Source of the DNA: Candidatus Babeliales bacterium
GTDB lineage: Bacteria > Babelota > Babeliae > Babelales > JANWKD01
Length of the DNA: 64,000 nt
Reading direction: 5' to 3'
NCBI GenBank assembly: GCA_963722255.1
Contig: CAVRJO010000002.1
Location: forward strand, 224,001 to 288,000
The position numbers and the translations under genes were made by a program. Of this stretch, positions 44,328 through 53,408 are shown in pieces. Positions within the stretch are counted from its first letter, which is position 1. Every line of letters starts with the position of its first letter. The notes beneath the pieces were generated by a model that did not search any database, was not told the DNA's origin, and was given only the letters and a program-made list of their open reading frames with translations.

Positions 44328-44878
44328 AAATAATCAATACAAATTATTTCACTTCGTTGCTTGGCTTATTATTTGGCATAAGCCTTCTAATGCCAATATC
44401 AGCATTTGAACGCAAAGCAGGCTATTGGAATGGTCCTTCTGATGAAAACAACACCAGCTTTTTTGGTACATTAACTAACCCTAAAAGCCAACGGGAAGAT
44501 TGGTATAAGGTTACTCCCTATATTGCCGAATTTTGGTGTACCATTTCAAACATTGGATTTATAGCTGCCGGGATCCACTGCAAATCTCCTGAACTTTTAT
44601 TTGCAGGAGCTGCTTCGATTGTAAGTCATAGTATTCCTAAACAATGGCTTCTCTATGTTGATAAAATCGGTGTACTCATTGTTCTTTCCAAAGTTATTAG
44701 AGAACATAAGACGTTGACCAATAATCCTTGGCTTCTAATTCCAGTGGGTATTGCTGGCGCCATCAATGTAACAGATGCATATCTTGCACGAAATAAAGGG
44801 TTAACATGGCCTCATGTGGTTTGGCATTTATCTTCGGCATTATTAGCCTATGATTTTTTACGACGCACACAACAATAA
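44324..44878 (+). CDS. Alkaline ceramidase-like membrane hydrolase (CREST superfamily)
   Basis: GYWNGP and YKVTPYIAEFWCTISN (compare ACER3 GYWGP...YSVTWYIAEFWNTVSN); SxxxH (SIVSH), conserved Asp, HxxxH (HVVWH). Confidence 0.82.
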   Translation: MKIINTNYFTSLLGLLFGISLLMPISAFERKAGYWNGPSDENNTSFFGTLTNPKSQREDWYKVTPYIAEFWCTISNIGFIAAGIHCKSPELLFAGAASIVSHSIPKQWLLYVDKIGVLIVLSKVIREHKTLTNNPWLLIPVGIAGAINVTDAYLARNKGLTWPHVVWHLSSALLAYDFLRRTQQ

Positions 44879-44936
44879 TTTACGTGAATTCGACGTAAGC
44901 AAAAACTAAAAAAAGAATATTATTCAATAACGGAAA

Positions 44937-45053
44937 TGTCACCCAGAGGGCCTTCATGCAATGAAGCCCGTGGGGTCCAGCTATAAAAAAAGGTCAAAAT
45001 AATAAATCTATAAACTGGATTCCACGGATTTCGATGAAATCCTCTGAATGACA
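44937..45053. repeat. Palindromic cruciform element (REP/RPE-like)
   Basis: TGTCA...TGACA ends; stems TGTCACCCAGAGG/CCTCTGAATGACA and CCGTGGGGTCCAG/CTGGATTCCACGG; two side hairpins. Confidence 0.7.
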
Positions 45054-45071
45054 ATTGTCAATGTATAAAAA

Positions 45072-45213
45072 GCTTCCGGTAGCTACACGTGGTCCCGAAA
45101 ACTTAATGCTGTAAGCATTAATGTTGAAGTGGGCCATATTGGAGCGGGAGAGCAATCCAACAGCATGTTGGTGTCCTTGTAGTTAAGGTATATTGGACAC
45201 ACAATATACCTTT
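45072..45213 (+). ncRNA. Candidate structured RNA, family not recognised
   Basis: GC-enriched intergenic stretch with nested stems whose G-U pairs favour the + strand, ending in the hairpin AAGGTATATTG/CAATATACCTT. Confidence 0.35.
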
Positions 45214-45282
45214 AATAAAAAAATTTTAGACAAGTAAAATACTGTTAAATAAAATTCTTTTTTTGTAGTTAAGGAAAGATCT

Positions 45283-45316
45283 AAAAGAAAACGCCCTAAT
45301 ATGGACGTTTTCTTTT
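45283..45316 (-). terminator. Terminator of the rplS-lipoprotein pair
   Basis: Minus strand AAAAGAAAACGTCC-atatta-GGGCGTTTTCTTTT. Confidence 0.7.
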
Positions 45317-45719
45317 AATCATAGTTTTTCTGGCCAATAAAAATAATCACTCGAGAGATTTTTTTCAAAGGCCGAATAGAAATTGAGCAATACTTATTTG
45401 GCTTTTCAAAATTTAAAAGCGTTTCTGAACCCTTAAAGGCAGCAGTTTGCCACCAACCAAGACGCTCCATCTCTTCTTGATAATAAATCGCAATAGATTC
45501 ATGAGAGACTTCAGCTTCATATGAAATAATGCTGCTTTCATCAACACATGCTGTATTATTTATATTTTGCACCAATTGAGCGTTCAAAAGCACAGGCACA
45601 TCATATAACCTCGCTTCAAGATGCTTACTTTTCCAGCGTTTTGCAACAAGATCTTTATCTTTCTTGCATGAACTCAGAATAAGTATCATTACGCAAAGGG
45701 ACAGAAATCGAATTTTCAT
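45315..45719 (-). CDS. Putative lipoprotein
   Basis: Lipobox LSSC after a hydrophobic signal. Confidence 0.75.
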   Translation of the reverse strand: MKIRFLSLCVMILILSSCKKDKDLVAKRWKSKHLEARLYDVPVLLNAQLVQNINNTACVDESSIISYEAEVSHESIAIYYQEEMERLGWWQTAAFKGSETLLNFEKPNKYCSISIRPLKKISRVIIFIGQKNYD

Positions 45720-45723
45720 CTAG

Positions 45724-46104
45724 TTAAGCAGCTTGAATACCGGTTAGAACCTTAGGTTTAACACGGGCAGCTTTACCAACTCGGCCTCTCATATAATAGA
45801 GCTTTGCTCTTCTAATTTTACCGGATCTTACAAACTTAATAGAATCAATAAGCGGTGAGAAATAAGGGAAAATCTTTTCAATAGCAACGGTATTTGAACC
45901 AATTCTACGAACCATAAAGGTCGTTGAAATACCATTATTATTGAAAGCAATAACATCGCCTTCAAAATCTTGGATACGTTCTTTATCGCCTTCTTTAATT
46001 TTTTGGGAGACTATGACGGTATCTCCAATCGTAAACTTCGGAAAGTTACGATCTGTCATACCGATATTTTTAATGGTTTCTTTTGTATATTTTTTAGCCT
46101 TCAT
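45724..46104 (-). CDS. rplS: 50S ribosomal protein L19
   Basis: GDTV...IKEGDKERIQDFEG...RRAKLYYMR. Confidence 0.96.
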   Translation of the reverse strand: MKAKKYTKETIKNIGMTDRNFPKFTIGDTVIVSQKIKEGDKERIQDFEGDVIAFNNNGISTTFMVRRIGSNTVAIEKIFPYFSPLIDSIKFVRSGKIRRAKLYYMRGRVGKAARVKPKVLTGIQAA

Positions 46105-46258
46105 GAAGCTTTTTCCTCGAGTGAATAGTTTACCTTACTAGTAACAATTAATTTGTATATATACAGTATATGCAAAAACTTTACTTCTGCCAATAACTGT
46201 CGCGATAATTTTTAATCACCAACAAAACCACTCATTTTGTATATTTTCAGCTTGTAAT

Positions 46259-48229
46259 TTAAACCTGGGTCCATTCCTGTTCTTCATTGCTCCATTCTTC
46301 ATTTTTTCGAGCTTCCTCCTCATATTCCTTAACCTTTGCCATCAACTGTCTATCAAAAGAATTAGAACCTGTACCTTCCGCAATTGGTTGCACCCTACCA
46401 ATCTGCGGCTTCAAAAGAAGCAATGCTGCAAGAGCATCTACATGATCTTGATTAGGAATAAGCGCTTGCGTTTTAATATCTAAAAGAAACTGCTCTAAGG
46501 CTGTTTTATAGTTCTTGTTTTTTGCATTAACTCTTACTCGTTGATTATTACCAAGGAGGTTAATTGCTTCAACATTTCCATGCTTTAAAGCATAATAAAA
46601 CAAGGAATTCTCTGGTTCATCAACTGCATTCCAATTGCACTCTTCCTGTAAAAGCAGTTCTAATTTTTGATTATCGCGCTTTTCTAAAAGCTTGATCGGA
46701 GAAATTTTAGAACGAAGCGCTCCCTTTGCTCTTAATACATCAATTGCTGCTTTACAATTATAACTATACGCATAATCCAACAATGAATTACCCAGTTCAT
46801 CAGCACAGCGAAGCGAAAAATTCATTTTTTCAAACTTTTTAATCAATTTCTCAATTTGATCTGGCATTTCTCTCGATAACGCCTGCAAATAACTCTTCCG
46901 TAACATTTCTAATCTCGGATTTTTTAAGCGATATTTATATGATGGAACGCCATTAAAAGTTTCATTAAAATATACTCGGGTAGAATTAAAGAGTTCTTTA
47001 TATTTTTCTTTTTCATCCCTATTATATTGAGTACCAAAAATTAAACTTGTTATCTTTTCATTATAACAAGGTGCAATATTAAGGCCTTTCATAGTACCAA
47101 AATTTTCATATATAATATTGCGAACAATCTGCGCATGCTCCTTTCCTGTAGCTGGATACAAGGCGATTATTGGTACAATGCCGTCGCAACTACGTTCTTG
47201 CAATTGCTGTGCAATCTCTTTTGATGATAACGAAAAATCTACATCCGTATAAACTTTGAAGAGGCTTAGAGACTCCCGAAATTGTTTATTATTTTTTACA
47301 AGATTTATTAATGAATAAATTAAAAATATATAATCTTCTAAAGATTTTGGCATTAAATGTTCTTTATAATTTCCACTTACCCGGCTCACAAGTTCTAAGT
47401 CAATTCTTCTATTAATCTTATTATTCACCAAGTTTTTTAAATCACCTTCGCGATCATCTCGTATGCCCTCAAAAAGTTTTGTTTGACGAGTTGAATCATT
47501 ACCAAATATAAGATAATGTTTATAATATAAAACAGTTATTCCATAGTGAGAAAATTCCAGATCTTTTTTTATATTTTTAACAATCTGTGCAAGAGGCTGA
47601 ACCAGCCTTCCTTTTATACATGAACCAAAATCATCAATAACATCTTCTTTGAGTTGATGCAATGGCGCAGAAATAGTTCCTACTGTGCTCATTGTATTTG
47701 GTATATTGCCCAACATAGAATCTATACCTTCAGGTAGAGGTAGATAATTCTCAATGGGCTCTATTGATGCTCTTATTAATTGCGATTCAACACCCAAGGC
47801 GGGAATTATGCTTTCCTCAATAGATACTTGCTGCGGCTCAATGCATAATGCACTGTGATATTGCTTTGGAGCATTAAAGGCAAATGGTACATTATGATCA
47901 ATATCCTTCTTTGTATGCCTCAACCAGAAAAAATTCGAACTCTTAAACCATGACCAACGCTTAAACAGATCATTTGTAAAAGTAAGAGTGTATCTTTTTG
48001 GCACTTCCTCTTGCTTTTTGGATTGATCCCCCGATGTATACCAGTTTTTTATGGCAACCATAGAATAAATGGCATAGTGTGCTACAAAACTGTTTTTGAT
48101 CCTATCGCGATAAGGTTGAGTCAAACCTGGAATAATAGAAAAAGTCGTTTTAGTCGCAAAAAGTAACCCTGCAATGAGGATACCACAATACAAGCGATAT
48201 TTTTTACTATAATGGTAATTTATTTTCAT
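46259..48229 (-). CDS. Exported protein with C-terminal ankyrin repeats
   Basis: Hydrophobic N-terminus; GNSLLDYA, ENSLFYYALKHGNVEAINLL, VNAKNKNYKTAL. Confidence 0.75.
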   Translation of the reverse strand: MKINYHYSKKYRLYCGILIAGLLFATKTTFSIIPGLTQPYRDRIKNSFVAHYAIYSMVAIKNWYTSGDQSKKQEEVPKRYTLTFTNDLFKRWSWFKSSNFFWLRHTKKDIDHNVPFAFNAPKQYHSALCIEPQQVSIEESIIPALGVESQLIRASIEPIENYLPLPEGIDSMLGNIPNTMSTVGTISAPLHQLKEDVIDDFGSCIKGRLVQPLAQIVKNIKKDLEFSHYGITVLYYKHYLIFGNDSTRQTKLFEGIRDDREGDLKNLVNNKINRRIDLELVSRVSGNYKEHLMPKSLEDYIFLIYSLINLVKNNKQFRESLSLFKVYTDVDFSLSSKEIAQQLQERSCDGIVPIIALYPATGKEHAQIVRNIIYENFGTMKGLNIAPCYNEKITSLIFGTQYNRDEKEKYKELFNSTRVYFNETFNGVPSYKYRLKNPRLEMLRKSYLQALSREMPDQIEKLIKKFEKMNFSLRCADELGNSLLDYAYSYNCKAAIDVLRAKGALRSKISPIKLLEKRDNQKLELLLQEECNWNAVDEPENSLFYYALKHGNVEAINLLGNNQRVRVNAKNKNYKTALEQFLLDIKTQALIPNQDHVDALAALLLLKPQIGRVQPIAEGTGSNSFDRQLMAKVKEYEEEARKNEEWSNEEQEWTQV

Positions 48230-48415
48230 ATTTTAGCTTACTTCTATAGCTTTTTTTCAAGACTATTCTATACAACACTACCATAAATTCTGCAAAGAGG
48301 AAAATAAATGGAACTTCTTCAAAAAATACTATACGCTATTCCCGCTTGTTTTATTGATTAATTCACATTAAAACGGTGTTTATCAATAATTTAATAGTTT
48401 TTGAAACCCTAAGCT

Positions 48416-51400
48416 ATGCACAACAGATCAAAACTCATACTTATTCCTTTATTTCCTCTTTTCTTTCAACTCTTTGCTATGGAAAAAGAGCTCGGAAATG
48501 ACTTCTATTTAAGTCAACTGGAAAAACAGGTACAACCTGCCCTGGGTCACAGATTATATGTACCAGGATTTAACAGCTCTATAAAAGAATCAAAAGATAA
48601 AAAAAAGCAAGAAGATCAGTCTCAACTTGATCCTTTTAAAAGCCAACCATTCAAGCATTTAAAATATCAAAACAAAGCAGTAGGCAAAGTTACAAAATTT
48701 TCTGATAATTTCAGCGAAGGAGTTTCATCACATGATCAACCAATGTCTTTGGATTCTTTTATTAGCGGACTAGCCAATGTAAGTGCAAATATTATCATTA
48801 CCAGAGCAGTGGGTCCTTATGCAAGTGCGGCGATTAGCGCATGCTCAGAAGCCAAATATCTCAGAGAGAAATTTGATGAATTAAATACTGAAATCAGTAA
48901 TAACGCAATAACTGATAATTGGTGCACAATGAATCTTGGATGTACATACCAAGAATCAATTGAAGCTCTTAGAGTCGTTCTTAGTGCAGCAGAAAAACTC
49001 GATCAACAAAAAAGAAAAGTTATTGAAACACATAAAGCAAAGCTCAGGCAATTTGCTGATTTTGTTCTCGAAGGTTATAAATCTGCTCAAGAAAATTATC
49101 CGGAGCTATTTAAAACAAAAGTAAAAAAAGACAATAGTTTGAGAATTTCTAACATCCCCGAATTTGATCTTGAAAAATCTCACCAAGAATATTGGGCGCA
49201 GCATCAACGAGACATACAACAATTTGAAAAAGAATCAAAAGTTCGCATTGCTACATCTAAAAGCAAAAAACCAGCAAATTCAAAATCACAAAAAACTAGC
49301 GCAAAAAAAGATAGTAATAGCAAAAATGCAGCAGCAACTGACACACCTCAAATGCTCACTCCTGAAATGCTTGAAGAACATGCTAAAATTTTTGCTGAAC
49401 AAATAAAAAAACTAGACGCGTTGTCCAAATATAATGAATTCAAATCAGAAATGGAATATCAAGAAACAATGGGCAACATTGCGGGTGGGTTCAATGGCAT
49501 AGCGGCCATTGCAGGTATTTTTGGTCACAAAAAAGAAGCGTACGCGATTAGAACTTTTGGTGCTGCAGGAATTCAAGCTGTTGATAGTATGCGAACTATT
49601 ATGCAAAAAGGTCTGGCTGGCGCCGGAATTCATCCTTATGTTGGCATACTTATGGCAGTTGAAGGGTTATGTGAGTTAATGTTTCAAGAAGAAGATGATT
49701 CTCAAGCAAAAAATACAGAAGCAATCATTAATGCCATAACACAAGGCATTATGCATTTATCACAACAAATGTACCAAATGCGTGAAGAAATGCGCGAACA
49801 GTTTGAAGAAGTTCGCAAAAGGGACACCAAGCATCATTTTATTGTACTTGAAAAATTCTTTGCGCTTCATTTAGATCAAAAAAATATCTTGCACAACTTA
49901 CAAGATCTGCATAACTATATAGCTCACAACCACAAAGCAATTCAAAGTGGCCTTGAAGCATTGCATGCACGAGTTGATAGTAATTTTAGAATGACTCTTG
50001 ATAACTTAAATGGTTTGCGCGTAGAAGATATTGATGATGATATTCAAGAAGCATTATTGTTACCCGATGATGCTTCACCTGAAGAATTTGGTAAATGCAT
50101 ACAAAATCTCTTTATCAAAGGAACAAGTCGCGCTTCGGCCGATTCATTAACGGGCGGTTCGATTGATATACATTCGCCAACGGCACTCCAAACAACACTG
50201 GAAGGCCCTATAGTTCAACAAAATATTTTTGGGCATCCTGCTTTTCCAAATGTTAATCTTTTAAGCAGATATCTTGAAGGAAATTTTAACAATTTTAAAC
50301 ATGAAAAGTTAGTTAATCCTTTAATTTGGATTAAATGCGTCGATACGATTGTGCCTATGCTTAGTCAAAAACTTGCGCGTGATAAAGAATATCCTCCAAC
50401 AAAAAACATGAAAGATTCAGATATCGAAAAATTACTGCTTCTCAAAAAACAAGGGAAAAAAATACGCGCGTTTATTAACAGAGTTTACGAGAATAACTAT
50501 TTAGAGAAAATTGCTCAAAAATATTACAAGGCTTTATCGCAACTTTCTGCAGCAGTTCAGCAGGAGCAAGAAAACTTTGAAAAAAAAGGTAAGAAACTAC
50601 TTCGTAGAGAACTAAGCGCTACTATAGAAGCTGAAAAATCAAAAACAAATGGAATAGTAAATTCGTATGAATGTAAAAAATGCGTTGAATATATAACCAA
50701 TGCATTAAAAAACGCAAAGACAGCAAACGCTTATACCGTACAAGTACAAGGAGCGGGATACTCCTGTCCAACTTATTTGAAAGGACAATCAAAACGAATT
50801 GATTATAAAGAATCAAAATTGATAACAGTAGAAGATGTTCATCAACCCTCTGAAAATTTTAAACGGATCTATGAAGAATACCTAGATGAAAGACAAGCAA
50901 AGAACGAATCGTTACTCAAAGCAACAAAAGTTGACCTTGAGCAAAGTTCTTTCAAACCTATTGGAGATGGTATGAGCACTCTGATCTATCCAGCTGGACA
51001 AAATAGTGATTTGCCTAAACTTATGCGACCTCGCCAGCCATTACCTATAAACCCATTATATATTATAGCAGAAAATAAAGGCCTAGGAATTATTACACAT
51101 ACCTATCATCTTACAGATGAACGTTTCCACCTTGAATCTTTTTTTTGCTTTAAAACAGATGATCCTAAAATAAAAATTTTACATTTATCTTTAGAGCATG
51201 ATTTTCAAAAAGAGATGTATACGCTCAATGAAAATATAAACCACTTCTGGGAAGGAGGACGTTTTCCAAAGTCTATTGATACTTTTACAACTAACGGAGT
51301 ATATCCTAGTAGTGCTTTTACAGTACGGTTTGATGGTGCTCTTGGCCTTATATCTTCAGGGTATTTTCCGCCTGATTGCCCATATCCAGCAGCACGAGAT

Positions 51401-53305
51401 ACTTTTGTCAGTAAAGCGCGCAACGAAAGCGATCAAGCCGACCAGTTTTTGCCTTTCTTTCAACAATTAATACAAGAAGATGAACCGTGCATTCATTTGG
51501 GACCCACCACCCACAAAAGATCTAATCAATCACAAGATTTTTTGCCCTTAGTTCAACAGTTGATACAAGAAGATCAACAAGAAAAAAGATTGCAGTTTAA
51601 CCAAGAAATAATGACGCAGGTAAGTTCAAAATCACCAACTTCGGATATTTTTAAAGCAGCACAACAAGTCGATGTTAGTTTTAAAATTTTGGATAGCTTG
51701 TTAACGCTTATGTATCATGATTTTATGAACGAAGGTCAACGCAAAAAGCATCCAGAGCTTGCAACAATTACAGGCAATGATGATAAATATTGCATTAAAA
51801 ATAATGCTGCATTAACACGATATTTACAAAATTATTCTTCAAAGCATGATTCAGAACATAAACAAGGTGACTATCTTCCCTACCACTTAAAATATAATAC
51901 ATTCTATAAACTGAGAAGAGCACTTGGTACTATTACTAAAACACACTTTCAACCCCAGTTTAAGGCTGTAACACAAGTGATTGATAACATTAATATGCTT
52001 GTTGCTAATTATACAAAGAGAAAAATTACGCCAGGAACAATAGCAATAGCCCCCAAAAAAATTCATGAAGACTCTCAGTTATTGGCAATTGTAATCCAGC
52101 AAATTAAAGAAAAAGATAAAAAAATTGATCAACTCATACAAAGCAACGAAGAGCTCGAACAAAGTAATAAAAAGCTCGCAACAGAAACAAAAGGACTTAA
52201 ACAAGAAGTCGCAGGATTGAATGAACAGATGCAGAAGATGATGGCATTGTTAATAGCTATGAACAATGGAAAACAAACAACCGACAATCTTTCTAATGTT
52301 TATCTTGCTCAAAAACCTTCTGTTGTTGATAGAAAATCTTCACCTTCGCGATACATTATTAAATCCTATATAACTCATGTAAAAAGAGTTAAACAGCAAG
52401 TAGCAGCGGAATGCGGTTATCATGCACTTTTCAATGCATTAGGATGTTTTACAAGCGATATTTTATTTGAACAGTTTATGCAAGAAAATAAGCAACACAT
52501 TAAAGACTCCCGTCATTCTGCTGATGATCAATGGTTAAGCGAAGATGAGGTTGCCGCTTTAGTACAAAAAAACAAAACAGAAACAATGAACATCACGGTG
52601 ATTCCTGATATTACACGCTATAAAGATGGTAAAAGTGGACTTGAACATTCTGTCTTGGTTGCTTTTGCTCAATCGCAAGCTGCTCTAGGAAACAGACCGG
52701 AATTGTATAAACATGTTTTTATACTGCGCACGGGAAAAACAGACGAAACAAGAACTCACTGGGTTGCTGTTGAACAAACGATAAAAAAGGATAGTACTAC
52801 AGAGTATGCGATTATGAATTCACTACCCGGTCATGCTTATAAAGAATATGTAACTATGCTTCAAGATATCTTACATAACCGCGACAACCAATATGCCATT
52901 TCAGTATTCGATCCAATGGTTGAAGAAACACTATCATATGCAATTTCTCAGTTACACTTAAGTACGATTTTTAAAGCACGATCATATGCCCGCACGGGCG
53001 AATCAAAGGCTTCTGATTATCGAATTGTTGATAAAAATCATGAAAAGATTGTTGATGATATTCTTCAAGCTGCACAACAACTGCTTGATATAACAGAAGG
53101 TTTAAGCTTTTGGTCAACTTGTGGACATATTGAACCAAACATATCAGTTCTAGATGCACTTAGCCATATAGTGGATTGTGATGGTGAAGCTCTTACTTAT
53201 AAAAATAGTATTGATGATAAAGAAGAACATAAAACTGTTTTACACATAACAAATGAGCAAAACCGACATATCGAAAATCTTATAAGTTCATTAGAGAATC
53301 TTTAA
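48416..53305 (+). CDS. Large exported multidomain protein (1629 aa) with coiled coils and a C-terminal cysteine-protease-like domain
   Basis: Signal peptide LFA-MEK; Gly/Ala hydrophobic stretch; heptad repeats; QQVAAECGYHALFN...HWVAV...MNSL. Confidence 0.8.
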   Translation: MHNRSKLILIPLFPLFFQLFAMEKELGNDFYLSQLEKQVQPALGHRLYVPGFNSSIKESKDKKKQEDQSQLDPFKSQPFKHLKYQNKAVGKVTKFSDNFSEGVSSHDQPMSLDSFISGLANVSANIIITRAVGPYASAAISACSEAKYLREKFDELNTEISNNAITDNWCTMNLGCTYQESIEALRVVLSAAEKLDQQKRKVIETHKAKLRQFADFVLEGYKSAQENYPELFKTKVKKDNSLRISNIPEFDLEKSHQEYWAQHQRDIQQFEKESKVRIATSKSKKPANSKSQKTSAKKDSNSKNAAATDTPQMLTPEMLEEHAKIFAEQIKKLDALSKYNEFKSEMEYQETMGNIAGGFNGIAAIAGIFGHKKEAYAIRTFGAAGIQAVDSMRTIMQKGLAGAGIHPYVGILMAVEGLCELMFQEEDDSQAKNTEAIINAITQGIMHLSQQMYQMREEMREQFEEVRKRDTKHHFIVLEKFFALHLDQKNILHNLQDLHNYIAHNHKAIQSGLEALHARVDSNFRMTLDNLNGLRVEDIDDDIQEALLLPDDASPEEFGKCIQNLFIKGTSRASADSLTGGSIDIHSPTALQTTLEGPIVQQNIFGHPAFPNVNLLSRYLEGNFNNFKHEKLVNPLIWIKCVDTIVPMLSQKLARDKEYPPTKNMKDSDIEKLLLLKKQGKKIRAFINRVYENNYLEKIAQKYYKALSQLSAAVQQEQENFEKKGKKLLRRELSATIEAEKSKTNGIVNSYECKKCVEYITNALKNAKTANAYTVQVQGAGYSCPTYLKGQSKRIDYKESKLITVEDVHQPSENFKRIYEEYLDERQAKNESLLKATKVDLEQSSFKPIGDGMSTLIYPAGQNSDLPKLMRPRQPLPINPLYIIAENKGLGIITHTYHLTDERFHLESFFCFKTDDPKIKILHLSLEHDFQKEMYTLNENINHFWEGGRFPKSIDTFTTNGVYPSSAFTVRFDGALGLISSGYFPPDCPYPAARDTFVSKARNESDQADQFLPFFQQLIQEDEPCIHLGPTTHKRSNQSQDFLPLVQQLIQEDQQEKRLQFNQEIMTQVSSKSPTSDIFKAAQQVDVSFKILDSLLTLMYHDFMNEGQRKKHPELATITGNDDKYCIKNNAALTRYLQNYSSKHDSEHKQGDYLPYHLKYNTFYKLRRALGTITKTHFQPQFKAVTQVIDNINMLVANYTKRKITPGTIAIAPKKIHEDSQLLAIVIQQIKEKDKKIDQLIQSNEELEQSNKKLATETKGLKQEVAGLNEQMQKMMALLIAMNNGKQTTDNLSNVYLAQKPSVVDRKSSPSRYIIKSYITHVKRVKQQVAAECGYHALFNALGCFTSDILFEQFMQENKQHIKDSRHSADDQWLSEDEVAALVQKNKTETMNITVIPDITRYKDGKSGLEHSVLVAFAQSQAALGNRPELYKHVFILRTGKTDETRTHWVAVEQTIKKDSTTEYAIMNSLPGHAYKEYVTMLQDILHNRDNQYAISVFDPMVEETLSYAISQLHLSTIFKARSYARTGESKASDYRIVDKNHEKIVDDILQAAQQLLDITEGLSFWSTCGHIEPNISVLDALSHIVDCDGEALTYKNSIDDKEEHKTVLHITNEQNRHIENLISSLENL

Positions 53306-53313
53306 TCTATGAC

Positions 53314-53390
53314 TTGACGTTAAAAACCCAGAAAAGCTATAATAAAAGCCAAAGGTAAGGTTTTTTCTGACCTTTGGCTTTTATTTATAG
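53314..53390 (+). promoter_or_regulatory. Sigma70-type promoter with overlapping inverted-repeat operator upstream of abiE
   Basis: TTGACG (53314-53319), 18 nt, TATAAT (53338-53343); 16-bp perfect inverted repeat 53341-53356 / 53370-53385. Confidence 0.7.
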
Positions 53391-53408
53391 TACTATGGAG
53401 GAATTCAT

